DNA of 32,000 bases. Origin: Caldimicrobium thiodismutans (GTDB taxonomy: Bacteria > Desulfobacterota > Thermodesulfobacteria > Thermodesulfobacteriales > Thermodesulfobacteriaceae). The position numbers were made by a program, and so were the translations under genes. The DNA is taken from the NCBI RefSeq assembly GCF_001548275.1, contig NZ_AP014945.1:630001-662000 (forward strand). Direction: 5' to 3'. The notes below the pieces were generated by a model. That model ran no database searches. It was not told the DNA's origin and saw only the letters and a list, made by a program, of their open reading frames with translations. Below are positions 1 to 9,319 of this stretch, piece after piece; within the stretch, counting starts at the first letter, position 1, and each line of letters opens with the position of its first letter.

Positions 1-31
1 ATAATCCCAGAAATTTTAAAACAGATCTGCA

Positions 32-1534
32 ATGAGCTTGGTTTCACCTCTTAAAGCTGAAAAGTTATCTCAGCTTTTATCCATTTATCTTTCCAAAAAA
101 TACAATATTACTATTTCCGATAAAATTACACCCTTTGAGGAGACAACAGAAAGTCTTCTGGAAAAGGGGAATGAAGCCATTCCAACAATCTATATGGAGA
201 GAATTATACTTGAAAACTATAAAGATAATTTTTATTCTGAAAGGCTACTTCAGATGCTACTTTCTGTTGAGCCCTTACCAGGGTATATTTTTCAATTCAA
301 ATATGTCCCTCCCCAGAATTATCCCTTTTTCAAGATTTCCGAAAAACTTTACTTTTATCCCCTTTTTTTTGGAAATACAAAAGAGCTCTTTATTGAGCTC
401 TGGAGAAAAAATAGAAGCTTTAAATCTTTTTTTATTGAGTTAGAGAAAAATTATTCTTTTTCTGGTCTTCTTTCTCAGTTAAAGCTTGTCACAGAACTCT
501 CCTTTACAAGATTTAACCATAGGGCCAGAGAATCCTTACAGGAAATTCAGAAGATTTGGGATGAGGGAATGCTTCGGGGATGGATTTCAGCTTTTAAGAA
601 GCCTTCTTCTCTATTGTTTGTTTGCAATAGAGCCCTTCCTGAGAATTTTAATGGGTTCTCTGGAAGAATTCATTCTAAAGAGGGCTCTTTGAATTACTAT
701 ATTTTTGAAAAGGCTGATCTTGAGAAAATAAGATCTCAACTAAAGGGTTTTTCAGGCACGATTGGAATTGTAACCTTTGAAAAATGGAAAGAAGAACCTT
801 TTAAGAGATTTAATCCTCTGCTTTTAGGTTTTGCAGTTTATGAACATGCCAGGAGGGCAGGTCTTAAATTTCATCTCTTAGATGGCTTTACCTTACATGT
901 TCTTGCAGACCTTTATTATGAGTGGGAGGATTTAGGAAGAGCTCTTAATATTTATGAGCTTGCCAGAGCCTTTACCCTTCAGCCTATTGAACTTGCCCTT
1001 AGTGAGGCATCCATTTATTATGCCTTTTCAGAGCTTGAAAAGGCTGAAAAGACCCTTAGAGGAAAGCTCTGCGGTTGTGTTAAGGAAGACCCTCGGATCC
1101 ACTATAATCTGGGTATTATTTATAAAGAAAAAGGTGAAAAAGAAAAGGCCGAATATCATCTTTACAAGGCCTATCTTCTTGAGGAAGAAAATCCCCTTTT
1201 TAGAAAGGATTTACTTAAGTTTTTCTGGGATGAGGGTAGATGGGAAGAGATGGAGGCTATACTTACTAAGGTAAAAAACTTTACCAAAATAGATAAGATT
1301 TTCTTAGGAAAGCTCTCATTTTTGAAAAAGGATTATGCTAAGGCCCTCACCTACCTGAAGGAGATAATTGATTCTCCTGAGAGAGATGGAGAGTCTCTTT
1401 ATTTTCTGGCCTGGCTTTATTTATATTATAAGAGAGACCTTTCTGCAGCGGATTTATTTTTAAAAGAGGCCAAGCATCAGCTTTCCCGGGGGGCCTATGA
1501 AAAATTAGTTGAGGAATTTGGGCTACCCAGGTGA
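32..1534 (+). CDS. TPR repeat-containing protein (unknown N-terminal domain)
   Basis: 500-aa ATG-initiated ORF. The C-terminal half has repeated helical A/Y/L-rich units of about 34 aa typical of TPRs (ALNIYELARAF, EASIYYAFSELEKAEK, HYNLGIIYKEKGEKEKAEYHLYKAY, ESLYFLAWLYLYYKRD). Its stop overlaps the next gene's GTG start (GTGA at 1531-1534). Confidence 0.7.
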   Translation: MSLVSPLKAEKLSQLLSIYLSKKYNITISDKITPFEETTESLLEKGNEAIPTIYMERIILENYKDNFYSERLLQMLLSVEPLPGYIFQFKYVPPQNYPFFKISEKLYFYPLFFGNTKELFIELWRKNRSFKSFFIELEKNYSFSGLLSQLKLVTELSFTRFNHRARESLQEIQKIWDEGMLRGWISAFKKPSSLLFVCNRALPENFNGFSGRIHSKEGSLNYYIFEKADLEKIRSQLKGFSGTIGIVTFEKWKEEPFKRFNPLLLGFAVYEHARRAGLKFHLLDGFTLHVLADLYYEWEDLGRALNIYELARAFTLQPIELALSEASIYYAFSELEKAEKTLRGKLCGCVKEDPRIHYNLGIIYKEKGEKEKAEYHLYKAYLLEEENPLFRKDLLKFFWDEGRWEEMEAILTKVKNFTKIDKIFLGKLSFLKKDYAKALTYLKEIIDSPERDGESLYFLAWLYLYYKRDLSAADLFLKEAKHQLSRGAYEKLVEEFGLPR

Positions 1535-2289
1535 GATTAACCGTCCTTGGTTCTGGCACAGGGTGGATAACACTAAAAAGATCATCCCCTGGATATCTTG
1601 TCTCTGCTGATAATTTTCATTTACTCCTTGATATTGGTCCTGGAACTCTCCGACAAATCTTAAAGACTGGCCTAAGGATAGATGAAATTTCAGCTCTCTT
1701 TATCACCCATTTTCACCCAGATCATGTGTCAGATCTTATCCCTTTTTTCTTTGCCACAAGATATAACCTTGGTTACACAAGAACTGAACCATTTACATTG
1801 TATGGACACCAAAGTTTTACCAATCTTTATGAGGGATTAAAACAGGCCTTTGGGCACTGGGTCTGCCCACCAGAAGGTCTTCTAAATTTATATTTAATTG
1901 AAAAGGAGAGTGTAACAGATTTTGAAATTGGCCCTTTCCAGGCAAGGTCTGTTGGGGTCAAGCATAATCCTGAGTCCTTAGCTATTAGACTTGAATTTTC
2001 TGGAAAGAGCCTTATTTATTCAGGGGATACAGGTTTTTCTGAGGAATTAATTGAACTTGCTAAAGGAGGAGACCTGCTTATTCTTGAATGTGCCAATCCT
2101 TTAGGAGCTTCAAAGGGCTTTCATTTAGCTCCTGATGAGATTGCAGAAATCTCTTCCAGAGCAAAGCCTAAGAAATTACTTTTGTCCCATTTTTATCCTC
2201 ATAGTGAGGATGTTCCCCTGGAAATTATTCAAAAAAAATTCTCTGGTGAAATTATACTTGCCAGAGATTTATTAACCCTTGAGCTGTGA
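1531..2289 (+). CDS. MBL-fold metallo-hydrolase (RNase Z / beta-lactamase superfamily)
   Basis: 252-aa ORF. N-terminus RLTVLGSGTG and metal-binding motif HFHPDHVSD (HxHxDH), followed by GDTG and a late SHF histidine. GTG start is translationally coupled to the upstream stop. Confidence 0.85.
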   Translation: MRLTVLGSGTGWITLKRSSPGYLVSADNFHLLLDIGPGTLRQILKTGLRIDEISALFITHFHPDHVSDLIPFFFATRYNLGYTRTEPFTLYGHQSFTNLYEGLKQAFGHWVCPPEGLLNLYLIEKESVTDFEIGPFQARSVGVKHNPESLAIRLEFSGKSLIYSGDTGFSEELIELAKGGDLLILECANPLGASKGFHLAPDEIAEISSRAKPKKLLLSHFYPHSEDVPLEIIQKKFSGEIILARDLLTLEL

Positions 2290-2303
2290 GGAGGAAGAGG
2301 CAA

Positions 2304-2522
2304 ATGGAAGGAGTTGACCCAAAGACTTTACAGAAACTTAAAGAAAAGGTTCAGAAAGAGCTTGCTCAAAGGGAGATTGAATCTCTTGAGTTCTGGCTGC
2401 AGGAGATTTCAAAGGTTTATCAAAAAAAACATGCAACCTTAGAGGAACTAAGAAGTGATTTAAGGCTCTTTATTGATAAAATGAAAAACCGTCTTGAGAT
2501 CTTAAAAACAAAAGGCTATTAA
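2304..2522 (+). CDS. small coiled-coil protein, function unknown
   Basis: The track ORF starts at GTG 2286. An in-frame ATG at 2304 sits 9 nt after a strong GAGGAGG Shine-Dalgarno (2288-2294). K/E/L-rich heptad-like sequence with no recognisable motif. Confidence 0.55.
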   Translation: MEGVDPKTLQKLKEKVQKELAQREIESLEFWLQEISKVYQKKHATLEELRSDLRLFIDKMKNRLEILKTKGY

Positions 2523-2532
2523 GGAGTGGGAT

Positions 2533-3924
2533 ATGAAATATATAAGCACCAGAGGTGAGATGCCTCCCATCTCTTTCATTGAGACGGTCTTTGAGGGGCT
2601 TGCTCCAGATGGTGGTCTCATCATACCTGAAAGGATCCCGCTTCTTTCAAAGGAAGAGAAAGAACGCTGGAAAAATCTAAGTTATCTGGAGCTTGCCTAT
2701 GAGGTCTTTAGATTATTTGTCTCTGAGATACCTGAAGAGGATCTGAAGGATTTAGTTAAAAAAAGTTATTCCACCTTTCATCATCCTGAGGTAACACCTG
2801 TTCTTAAGGTAGGAAAGGTTTACATCCTTGAGCTCTTTCATGGCCCAACCTTTGCCTTTAAAGATGTAGCTTTGCAGTTTCTTGGAAACCTCTTTGAATA
2901 TCTTCTTAAAAAAGAGGATCGCAAGATTAATATCCTCGGGGCAACATCAGGAGATACAGGAGCCGCAGCTATTTACGGAGTTAAAGGTAAATCAAATATA
3001 GCTATATTTATTCTTCATCCCCATAAAAGGGTCTCTCCGGTTCAGGCCCTTATGATGACAACAGTCCTTGACCCTAATGTGCATAATCTCGCCATCCTTG
3101 GCTCTTTTGATGACTGTCAGGCCATTGTGAAAGAGCTATTTATGGACCTACCCTTTAAGAAGAAATACAATCTTACCGCAATAAATTCCATTAATTTTGC
3201 CAGAATCCTTGCCCAGATAGTATATTACTTTTATGCCTATTTTAGAATTAGCGAGTCTACTGGAGTTGAGGAGGTGCGGTTTTCTGTCCCTACTGGCAAT
3301 TTTGGGGATATCTTTGCAGGTTTCTTAGCTAAAAGAATGTTTGGAGAAGGAATTGAAAGACTAATTCTTGCAACGAATGAAAATGACATTCTTTCCCGTT
3401 TTGTAAACTATGGCGATTATTCTGTAAGAGAGGTAATTCCAACTATCAGTCCTGCCATGGATATCCAGATTGCCAGTAATTTTGAAAGATATCTTTATTA
3501 TTTGTATGGAGAGGATGCCCAAAGAACTTCCTTTGCTATGCAAAAATTTGCTCACACCAAAAAGTTAATTTTTTCTGAAGAAGAGATTAAAAGAGTTCAA
3601 AGAGACTTTCTTTCTCGTTCGGTCAATCAGGAGGAGACCTTACAAACCATTAAAGATTTCTATGCTGAAACAGGCTATCTCCTCGATCCACATACCGCAG
3701 TCGGAGTTAAAGCAGGACTTACCTTTAAAGATGAAAGACCTATGATCTGCCTTGCCACAGCTCATCCAGCCAAATTTCCAGAAGTAGTTAGTAAGGCCAT
3801 TGGTAAGGGTTTTTCTCTGCCTGAGGAGATTGAAAGGTTAAAAGCGCAACCTCAGAAATTTGAAGTTCTGGAGAAGGATAGAGAGACTGTAAGGGGCTAT
3901 TTAGAGAGATTTGCTATAACTTAA
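2533..3924 (+). CDS. thrC: threonine synthase
   Basis: 463 aa. N-terminal [11 protein letters not shown]-lysine context [12 protein letters not shown], glycine-rich [11 protein letters not shown] and PTGNFGD are classic long-form threonine synthase signatures. GGAG lies upstream of the ATG. Confidence 0.93.
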   Translation: MKYISTRGEMPPISFIETVFEGLAPDGGLIIPERIPLLSKEEKERWKNLSYLELAYEVFRLFVSEIPEEDLKDLVKKSYSTFHHPEVTPVLKVGKVYILELFHGPTFAFKDVALQFLGNLFEYLLKKEDRKINILGATSGDTGAAAIYGVKGKSNIAIFILHPHKRVSPVQALMMTTVLDPNVHNLAILGSFDDCQAIVKELFMDLPFKKKYNLTAINSINFARILAQIVYYFYAYFRISESTGVEEVRFSVPTGNFGDIFAGFLAKRMFGEGIERLILATNENDILSRFVNYGDYSVREVIPTISPAMDIQIASNFERYLYYLYGEDAQRTSFAMQKFAHTKKLIFSEEEIKRVQRDFLSRSVNQEETLQTIKDFYAETGYLLDPHTAVGVKAGLTFKDERPMICLATAHPAKFPEVVSKAIGKGFSLPEEIERLKAQPQKFEVLEKDRETVRGYLERFAIT

Positions 3925-5440
3925 ATCCTGTCATTATTTGATTTATCTTTTCAATTAAATCAATAAGGATTTTTACTTGAGAGGACTGTAACTCAAGCAG
4001 TTCTCTAATCTTCTGAGAGGATGTATAATTATTATGGGCATCATCAGCCATAAATTTAGAAGTATCTCTGGTTTGCTCTATTTGTTCAGCTATAGATCTT
4101 ATGGCAATACTCTGCTCCTCAACTGCTGAGGCAATTGTTGTAGCAACATCATTAATTTTGTTAATTATTTCACTAATTTCATCTGTTTCTTTAACCGCCC
4201 TTTGGGTTTCCCTTTGAATCCTTTCTACTTTTTCTGTAACCTCAAGAGTTGCCTCAGAGACTTTTTTAGCAAGGTCCTTTACCTCATTTGCAACAACTGC
4301 AAAGCCTTTGCCGGCCTCACCTGCACGGGCTGCTTCAATGCTGGCATTCAGGGCAAGGAATTTGGTCTGTTCAGCAATACTTGAAATAAGATCTATAACC
4401 GCTGATATCTCTTGCGATATACTATTTAGCTCATGCATGGCCTCTTTGGTTGAGATGGCCTTTGTGACAGCTTCTTTTGAAATTTGGGAGGCAAGATAGG
4501 TATTTTGACTTATTTCTTCAATAGCTCTTGTTATTTCATGGGTTGAAGTTGCGCTATCCTCTATGGTCATATTAATGAGACCTGCCTGTTCAAGTAAATG
4601 TTGAGACCTTTGAGCAGAATCTTCTGTTGCTTGAAATACCTCATTCTGAAATTTACTAAATTCCTGTGTGAAATTCTGGACCCCTTTTACTTCCTCCCGT
4701 AATGTTCCAAGGATATTTCTTAAATTTTCTTTTACTCTATTTAAACCATTATGAATTTTACCGAATTCATCTGTCCTATTTGAGGTTATCTGGAAAGTTA
4801 AATCTCCTTCAGCCATTTTTTCTGAAAAGGTTTCCACATCTAAAAGGTTTTCTTTAAGGGTTTTTTCAAGGGATCTAATAGTTAAAAATAGAAAAAAGGC
4901 AATAGGGATTAAAAAGGTAAGATATATTACTTGGGAAATCCTTTTAGTTTTTTGAAATTCCCTTTTTTCAAATTCTAATTTTTCATCATAGAACTTAACA
5001 AGAGTTTCTAACCCATCCCAGAGGAAGGCCTTGGAATATTTTTGAAATTCGGCATAATGAGAAAGAGCTTCATCTATATTTTTTGCATCCTTCATCTTTA
5101 TAACAATGGCATTCATTTTTTCTCCAAGGGTTATAACATTCTGGAGATTGGAAGTATCATTTTTTATTTCCCTAAGTTGGGCAAGGCTTTTATCAATAGA
5201 AAGTGAACTTAAATCTTCATTTAATAAGGAACTGAGAAAATTTACCTTCCATCTTAAGTGTTCAGCTCGTACTTTTTCAGCTCTACGAAGATTATCCTCA
5301 TAAAGGGTGATTTTTTTCTCAAGTTTATAGAGGAGATATTCCTGAAGAAGATAAAAGATCCCTCCTATAGCCATAATAGAGAAAACTATACCGAGTATAG
5401 CTAAACTAATCTTCCTTGCGAAGGTAAAATTTTTAAACAT
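3914..5440 (-). CDS. methyl-accepting chemotaxis protein
   Basis: 508 aa. N-terminal TM helix, helical sensor region, second TM ([18 protein letters not shown]) and a HAMP-like segment. The highly conserved signalling hairpin is present ([35 protein letters not shown]). The 3' end overlaps the thrC 3' end by 11 nt. Confidence 0.9.
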   Translation of the reverse strand: MFKNFTFARKISLAILGIVFSIMAIGGIFYLLQEYLLYKLEKKITLYEDNLRRAEKVRAEHLRWKVNFLSSLLNEDLSSLSIDKSLAQLREIKNDTSNLQNVITLGEKMNAIVIKMKDAKNIDEALSHYAEFQKYSKAFLWDGLETLVKFYDEKLEFEKREFQKTKRISQVIYLTFLIPIAFFLFLTIRSLEKTLKENLLDVETFSEKMAEGDLTFQITSNRTDEFGKIHNGLNRVKENLRNILGTLREEVKGVQNFTQEFSKFQNEVFQATEDSAQRSQHLLEQAGLINMTIEDSATSTHEITRAIEEISQNTYLASQISKEAVTKAISTKEAMHELNSISQEISAVIDLISSIAEQTKFLALNASIEAARAGEAGKGFAVVANEVKDLAKKVSEATLEVTEKVERIQRETQRAVKETDEISEIINKINDVATTIASAVEEQSIAIRSIAEQIEQTRDTSKFMADDAHNNYTSSQKIRELLELQSSQVKILIDLIEKINQIMTGFKL

Positions 5441-5478
5441 CCTATAGCCCCCTCCTTCTGCAATTTTTCTTCAAGAAA

Positions 5479-5506
5479 ATATTATATAAATATCTTTAAA
5501 AGTCAA
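5479..5506 (-). promoter_or_regulatory. candidate sigma-70 promoter for the MCP gene
   Basis: On the minus strand, TTGACT (plus coordinates 5501-5506) is followed by TATAAT (5481-5486, 14-nt spacer) or TAATAT (5479-5484, 16-nt spacer). It lies about 40 nt upstream of the ATG at 5440, with GGAGGGGG as RBS. Sequence inspection only. Confidence 0.35.
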
Positions 5507-5719
5507 TACCAATGTATGCATCTATACCTTTTGAGACTCTATAGGATTTTTTCTTGGGGCGCAACACAAATTAAATCTCTCCACATGCCATTCCCCTCTG
5601 GAAAGAAAGGATAAAAAATCTACAAAATCTTTCCTTAAGCGCTATATTGTATGGGTTTAATATTGAATAAGTTCAGATCCTTACAAAAAGGAAGGATGGA
5701 AGGGGAGGTGAATAGTTAA

Positions 5720-5761
5720 GAAGTAAGAAGTGAGAAGTGAGAGGTAAGAGGTAAGAGGTAG
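5720..5761. repeat. tandem heptamer array, 6 x GARGTRR
   Basis: Head-to-tail units: GAAGTAA GAAGTGA GAAGTGA GAGGTAA GAGGTAA GAGGTAG. One more out-of-phase GAGGTGA copy sits at 5705-5711. The array lies within a purine-rich tract starting around 5688 (AAGGAAGGATGGAAGGGGAGG). Confidence 0.85.
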
Positions 5762-5799
5762 AAATTTAGGTCCCAAAAGATTTGGATACATACATGCCC

Positions 5800-5827
5800 T
5801 TGCAAAAAAGAGAAAATTGGTTATTAT
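5800..5827 (+). promoter_or_regulatory. candidate sigma-70 promoter for tRNA-Leu (and possibly the downstream operon)
   Basis: TTGCAA (5800-5805), a 16-nt spacer, then TATTAT (5822-5827). The -10 element ends about 10 nt before the mature tRNA 5' end at 5838. Confidence 0.45.
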
Positions 5828-5837
5828 TTTTTAAGTA

Positions 5838-5923
5838 GCCCGGGTGGCGGAATAGGTAGACGCTGTGGACTTAAAATCCACTGGAGGACCGCCTCCGTGC
5901 CGGTTCGAGTCCGGCCCCGGGCA
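5838..5923 (+). tRNA. tRNA-Leu (anticodon UAA)
   Basis: Cloverleaf folded by hand. Acceptor stem GCCCGGG/CCCGGGC; anticodon stem GTGGA/TCCAC with loop CTTAAAA (anticodon TAA). Long variable arm GGAGG-ACCG-CCTCC; T arm GCCGG-TTCGAGT-CCGGC; discriminator A. CCA is not encoded. Confidence 0.93.
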
Positions 5924-5948
5924 TTTCTCCCTATATGAGAGGTCTGTT

Positions 5949-6200
5949 ATGCCAATTTATGAATTCAGATGTCAGGAATGCGGGGATGAATTTGAAGTTC
6001 TTTTAAAAAGTAAAGAAGAAATAACCACCGTGTGTTGTAAGGCCTGTGGGTCAAAAAAAGTAGAGAGGCTTTTAAGTGTTGTGAATTCTCTTTTAAGTGG
6101 GGGTAATCCCAAGGGTTCTTCAGGAACTCCTGCTGTGGAATCCCACTCTTGCCCCACAGGAACCTGCACACACCTCCATTTACCAGGCCATCAAAAATAA
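5949..6200 (+). CDS. FmdB-family zinc-ribbon protein
   Basis: MPIYEFRCQECGDEFEV...CCKACGS is the CxxC...CxxC N-terminus typical of the FmdB/CxxC_CxxC_SSSS family. The track ORF (from 5865) runs through the tRNA, so it is trimmed to the ATG at 5949, which is preceded by GAGAGG. Confidence 0.8.
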   Translation: MPIYEFRCQECGDEFEVLLKSKEEITTVCCKACGSKKVERLLSVVNSLLSGGNPKGSSGTPAVESHSCPTGTCTHLHLPGHQK

Positions 6201-7016
6201 ATGCTCAACCTTTTAGTATCCATTAAACAGGTTCCAGACACAACTAATATTAGAATCAATCCTGAGACAGGAACCCTTATCCGTGAGGGGGTTCCCTCAA
6301 TCATTAATCCCTATGACCTTATTGCCTTAAGCACAGCTTGCAAATTAAAACAAAAATATGGGGGTAAAATAGTTGTTATTACAATGGGACCGCCTCAGGC
6401 AAGATTAGCTCTAAAAGAGGCTGTTGAATTTGGAGCAGATCGCATTATTTTGCTTTCTGACCGGAAATTTGCAGGGGCAGATACCTTAGCTACAAGTTAT
6501 ACCTTAGCTGAAACTATCAAGTTTTTAGAGAAAGAGACCCCCTTTGATTTATATCTGTTTGGAAAGCAGGCTATTGACGGAGATACTGCTCAAGTTGGTC
6601 CAGGGGTAGCTACTCGCTTAGGAATTCCAGTTGTGACCTATGTCAATAAAATTGAATCCATAGATTTAAAGGAAAAGACTATAATTTTACATCGGAAGAC
6701 CGAGAGGGGCATTGAGATTCTCAGAGCAAAGCTTCCAATTTTAATTACCTGTGAGAAGGAGCTCTCACATGTGCCCTTTGTTCCCTTTTCAGAGATATTA
6801 AAGGGTATTCAGAGTGAGCCTGAGGTCTTTACTGCAGAGGGCCCTGTTTTCTTTGAACGGGATAAACTTGGCTTAAAGGGCTCTCCTACTCAAGTTAAAA
6901 AGGTCTTTACCCCTGAACTAAAAAAACAAGGTAGCTTATATGACCTGAAAGAGCATTCTCTTAATGATGTGATAGGAAAAATTTTAGAAATCTTGCGGGC
7001 CAAAGGGTTACTATGA
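6201..7016 (+). CDS. fixA: electron transfer flavoprotein beta subunit (FixA/EtfB)
   Basis: 271 aa. Motifs VSIKQVPDT, NPYDLIAL and GKQAIDGDTAQVGP. The ATG immediately follows the fmdB-like stop. Confidence 0.92.
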   Translation: MLNLLVSIKQVPDTTNIRINPETGTLIREGVPSIINPYDLIALSTACKLKQKYGGKIVVITMGPPQARLALKEAVEFGADRIILLSDRKFAGADTLATSYTLAETIKFLEKETPFDLYLFGKQAIDGDTAQVGPGVATRLGIPVVTYVNKIESIDLKEKTIILHRKTERGIEILRAKLPILITCEKELSHVPFVPFSEILKGIQSEPEVFTAEGPVFFERDKLGLKGSPTQVKKVFTPELKKQGSLYDLKEHSLNDVIGKILEILRAKGLL

Positions 7017-8002
7017 AAGAGGTCTGGGTCTTTATTGAGCAGGAAGAAAATAAAATTCATCCTGTTTCCTTTGAGCTTCTTGGAATTGCAAACACTTTAG
7101 CTGAAGACTTATCAGGAAGGATTGCTGGGGTAATTCTTGGAAGTGAGGTTGATAATTTAGCTCCAGAGGTTTTAGCCTATGGGGCTCATAAGGTTTATCT
7201 TGTTGAACATGATTGTTTAAAATATTATAGACACAGGCCCTATGCAAAGGCCTTAAGTGATCTTGCAAAGAAGTATCATCCTGAAATTCTCCTCCTTGGA
7301 GCAACTCCTTTGGGTAGAGATCTTGCTGGAGGGGTGGCTACTCTTCTTGAAACTGGCTTAACAGCTGATGTTACCGAGCTTTCTATAGAAAAGGAAACTG
7401 GCTATCTCCTTATGACCCGTCCAGCCTATGGTGGAAATATTATGGCAACCATTGTTTGTCCTCATCACCGACCCCAAATGGCAACGGTTCGCCCAAGAAT
7501 TTTTTCAGTTCCAGAGAGAAAAGAAAATCCCAAGGGTGAGATCATAAAGGAAAAAATTGATCTCTCAGAAGATCTGGCAGGTATTGAGAGGTTAAATTTT
7601 ATTCCCAAGGAAAAGACTGTTAATCTTGAATATGCGGATGTTGTAGTGGCAGGGGGAAAGGGAATCGGAGGGAAAAGGGAATTTGAAAAATTAAAAGAGC
7701 TTGCAGAACTCCTTTCAGCTGAGCTGGGAGCCTCTCGTTTAGCTGTTGAGTCTGGTTGGATCTCTTATGAGCATCAGGTTGGTCAAACAGGAAAAACAGT
7801 AAGACCAAAGGTATATTTGGCCTTTGGCATCTCTGGTGCTATTCAACATAGAGCAGGTATGCAAAACTCTGACTTTATCATAGCTGTAAATACGGATAAA
7901 GGGGCTCCTATTTTTAAGATTGCAGATATGGGAATCCTTGGAGATTGGAAAGTTGTAGCAGAGGCCCTTATTTCAGCCCTAAAAAAGGAAAAGGATAAGT
8001 AA
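7013..8002 (+). CDS. fixB: electron transfer flavoprotein alpha subunit (FixB/EtfA)
   Basis: 329 aa. C-terminal FAD domain motifs VVAGGKGIG, ELGASRLAVESGW, QVGQTGKTVRPKVYLAFGISGAIQH and IIAVNTDKGAPIF. 4-nt overlap with fixA. Confidence 0.92.
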   Translation: MKEVWVFIEQEENKIHPVSFELLGIANTLAEDLSGRIAGVILGSEVDNLAPEVLAYGAHKVYLVEHDCLKYYRHRPYAKALSDLAKKYHPEILLLGATPLGRDLAGGVATLLETGLTADVTELSIEKETGYLLMTRPAYGGNIMATIVCPHHRPQMATVRPRIFSVPERKENPKGEIIKEKIDLSEDLAGIERLNFIPKEKTVNLEYADVVVAGGKGIGGKREFEKLKELAELLSAELGASRLAVESGWISYEHQVGQTGKTVRPKVYLAFGISGAIQHRAGMQNSDFIIAVNTDKGAPIFKIADMGILGDWKVVAEALISALKKEKDK

Positions 8003-9319
8003 ATGAGTGATTTCTCCTTTGATGTGGTTATCGTTGGAGGAGGCCCAGCAGGGCTTGCCTGCGGAATCCACTTAGCTAAAAAGGGGGTTAAAGTTCTTCT
8101 TATAGAGAGGGGTAGATTTTGTGGCGGGAAAAATCTCTTTGGCGGGGTTATTTATTCAGAATCTTTAAAAGAGATCGTTCCCGAATTTCCAAAGGTTGAT
8201 CCCTTTCCTGCTGAAAGGCCTGTTACTGAAGAAGGCTATTTTATCGTATCTAAAGAGGGTGTGGTTAAAATTTTACATACTAAGAAAACCCCGGAGGAAT
8301 CCTTTACTGCGCTCAGGGCTAAATTTGATAATTGGCTCTCTGAATATGCCTTGAAAAAAGGAGTTTTTATTGCTCCAAAAACAAAAGTTGTTGACTTTCT
8401 CTGGAAGGGATCTCAGATAACAGGGGTTGTTCTTGATAGACCCAAAAGTTTTCAGGATGATAGACCTACAGAGATCTCTGCAAAACTTGTCATTCTTGCA
8501 GAGGGGGTTAACAGAGTTCTCACTGAGAAGGCCGGGCTTGTATATGGTCCTTTTAAGCCCGAAGAGGTTGTCCTTGCAGTTAAAGAGGTGCTGCAGCTTC
8601 CTAAGGGGGCTATGGAGGTAAGGCTTGGGGTCTCAGAAAATAAGGGTCTTGCGGTAGAAATAATTGGAGAAATAACCTCTGGTCTACCTGGAACAGGCTT
8701 TCTTTATACGAATAAAACAACTCTTTCCTTTGGTGTTGGAATTTTTCTAAAGACCCTGGTAGATTTAAATCTCAAACCCTACGAACTCCATGAGAAGGCA
8801 AAGGAACACTCCATTTTTAAAGAGTTATTTCAAGGAGCTGAGACCTTGGAATACGGGGCACACCTCATCCCTGAATGGGGAATAAAGGGGCTTCCTAAGT
8901 TGTATGGAAATGGAGTGCTTGTAATAGGAGATTCTGCTGGACTTGTAAATCCTCTTTTTAGAGAGGGCACAAACCTTGCCATTTATTCGGGTTTAATGGC
9001 AGCGGATACCGCTTTTTCAGCCCTTGAAAAAGGAGATTTTTCAGCTAAAACCTTAAAGACCTATGAAGATAGATTTAAAGAAAGCTATATTTATAAAGAC
9101 CTTATTTTACTTAAAGATTTAAAGGAATTCCTTTTTAGGAATAGTCACTTTTTTTCTATATATCCAGATATGCTTTACCAGAGCCTTAGTCTTTATTTTT
9201 CTGCTCAAGGGAGATATAAAAGAGATGTAATACGCGAGATCTTTGGTATAATCCGAAAAAAGAGAGGTCTTTTTGGGGTTTTAAAGGATTTCTTAAATAT
9301 AGGGAGGCTCTTTTGGTAG
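8003..9319 (+). CDS. fixC: FAD-dependent oxidoreductase FixC (ETF-quinone oxidoreductase-like)
   Basis: 438 aa. N-terminal dinucleotide fold FDVVIVGGGPAGLACG, then LLIERGRFCGGKNLFGGVIY, which parallels E. coli FixC as I remember it. The position after fixAB is canonical. Confidence 0.9.
   Translation: MSDFSFDVVIVGGGPAGLACGIHLAKKGVKVLLIERGRFCGGKNLFGGVIYSESLKEIVPEFPKVDPFPAERPVTEEGYFIVSKEGVVKILHTKKTPEESFTALRAKFDNWLSEYALKKGVFIAPKTKVVDFLWKGSQITGVVLDRPKSFQDDRPTEISAKLVILAEGVNRVLTEKAGLVYGPFKPEEVVLAVKEVLQLPKGAMEVRLGVSENKGLAVEIIGEITSGLPGTGFLYTNKTTLSFGVGIFLKTLVDLNLKPYELHEKAKEHSIFKELFQGAETLEYGAHLIPEWGIKGLPKLYGNGVLVIGDSAGLVNPLFREGTNLAIYSGLMAADTAFSALEKGDFSAKTLKTYEDRFKESYIYKDLILLKDLKEFLFRNSHFFSIYPDMLYQSLSLYFSAQGRYKRDVIREIFGIIRKKRGLFGVLKDFLNIGRLFW

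Noticed and set aside
5560-5700. Looked for a structured ncRNA (SRP RNA, 6S, RNase P, tmRNA) or a small ORF in the 397-nt MCP/tRNA intergenic region. One example is a 22-codon ORF MGLILNKFRSLQKGRMEGEVNS starting around 5651.
   Set aside because: No conserved ncRNA core motifs were recognised. The GGAAGGA resemblance to SRP RNA does not extend. The tiny ORF has no RBS or recognisable features.
5720-5761. Considered whether the heptamer array could be a CRISPR array or a coding repeat.
   Set aside because: The units are only 7 nt, directly abutting with no spacers. The period is not a multiple of 3, and stop codons (TAA/TGA/TAG) occur within the units in several frames.
5865-5948. N-terminal extension of the track ORF 5865-6200 (MDLKSTGGPPPCRFESGPGH...).
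   Set aside because: This stretch is the tRNA-Leu gene read as protein. The FmdB-like CxxC N-terminus begins exactly at the internal ATG 5949, which has its own RBS.
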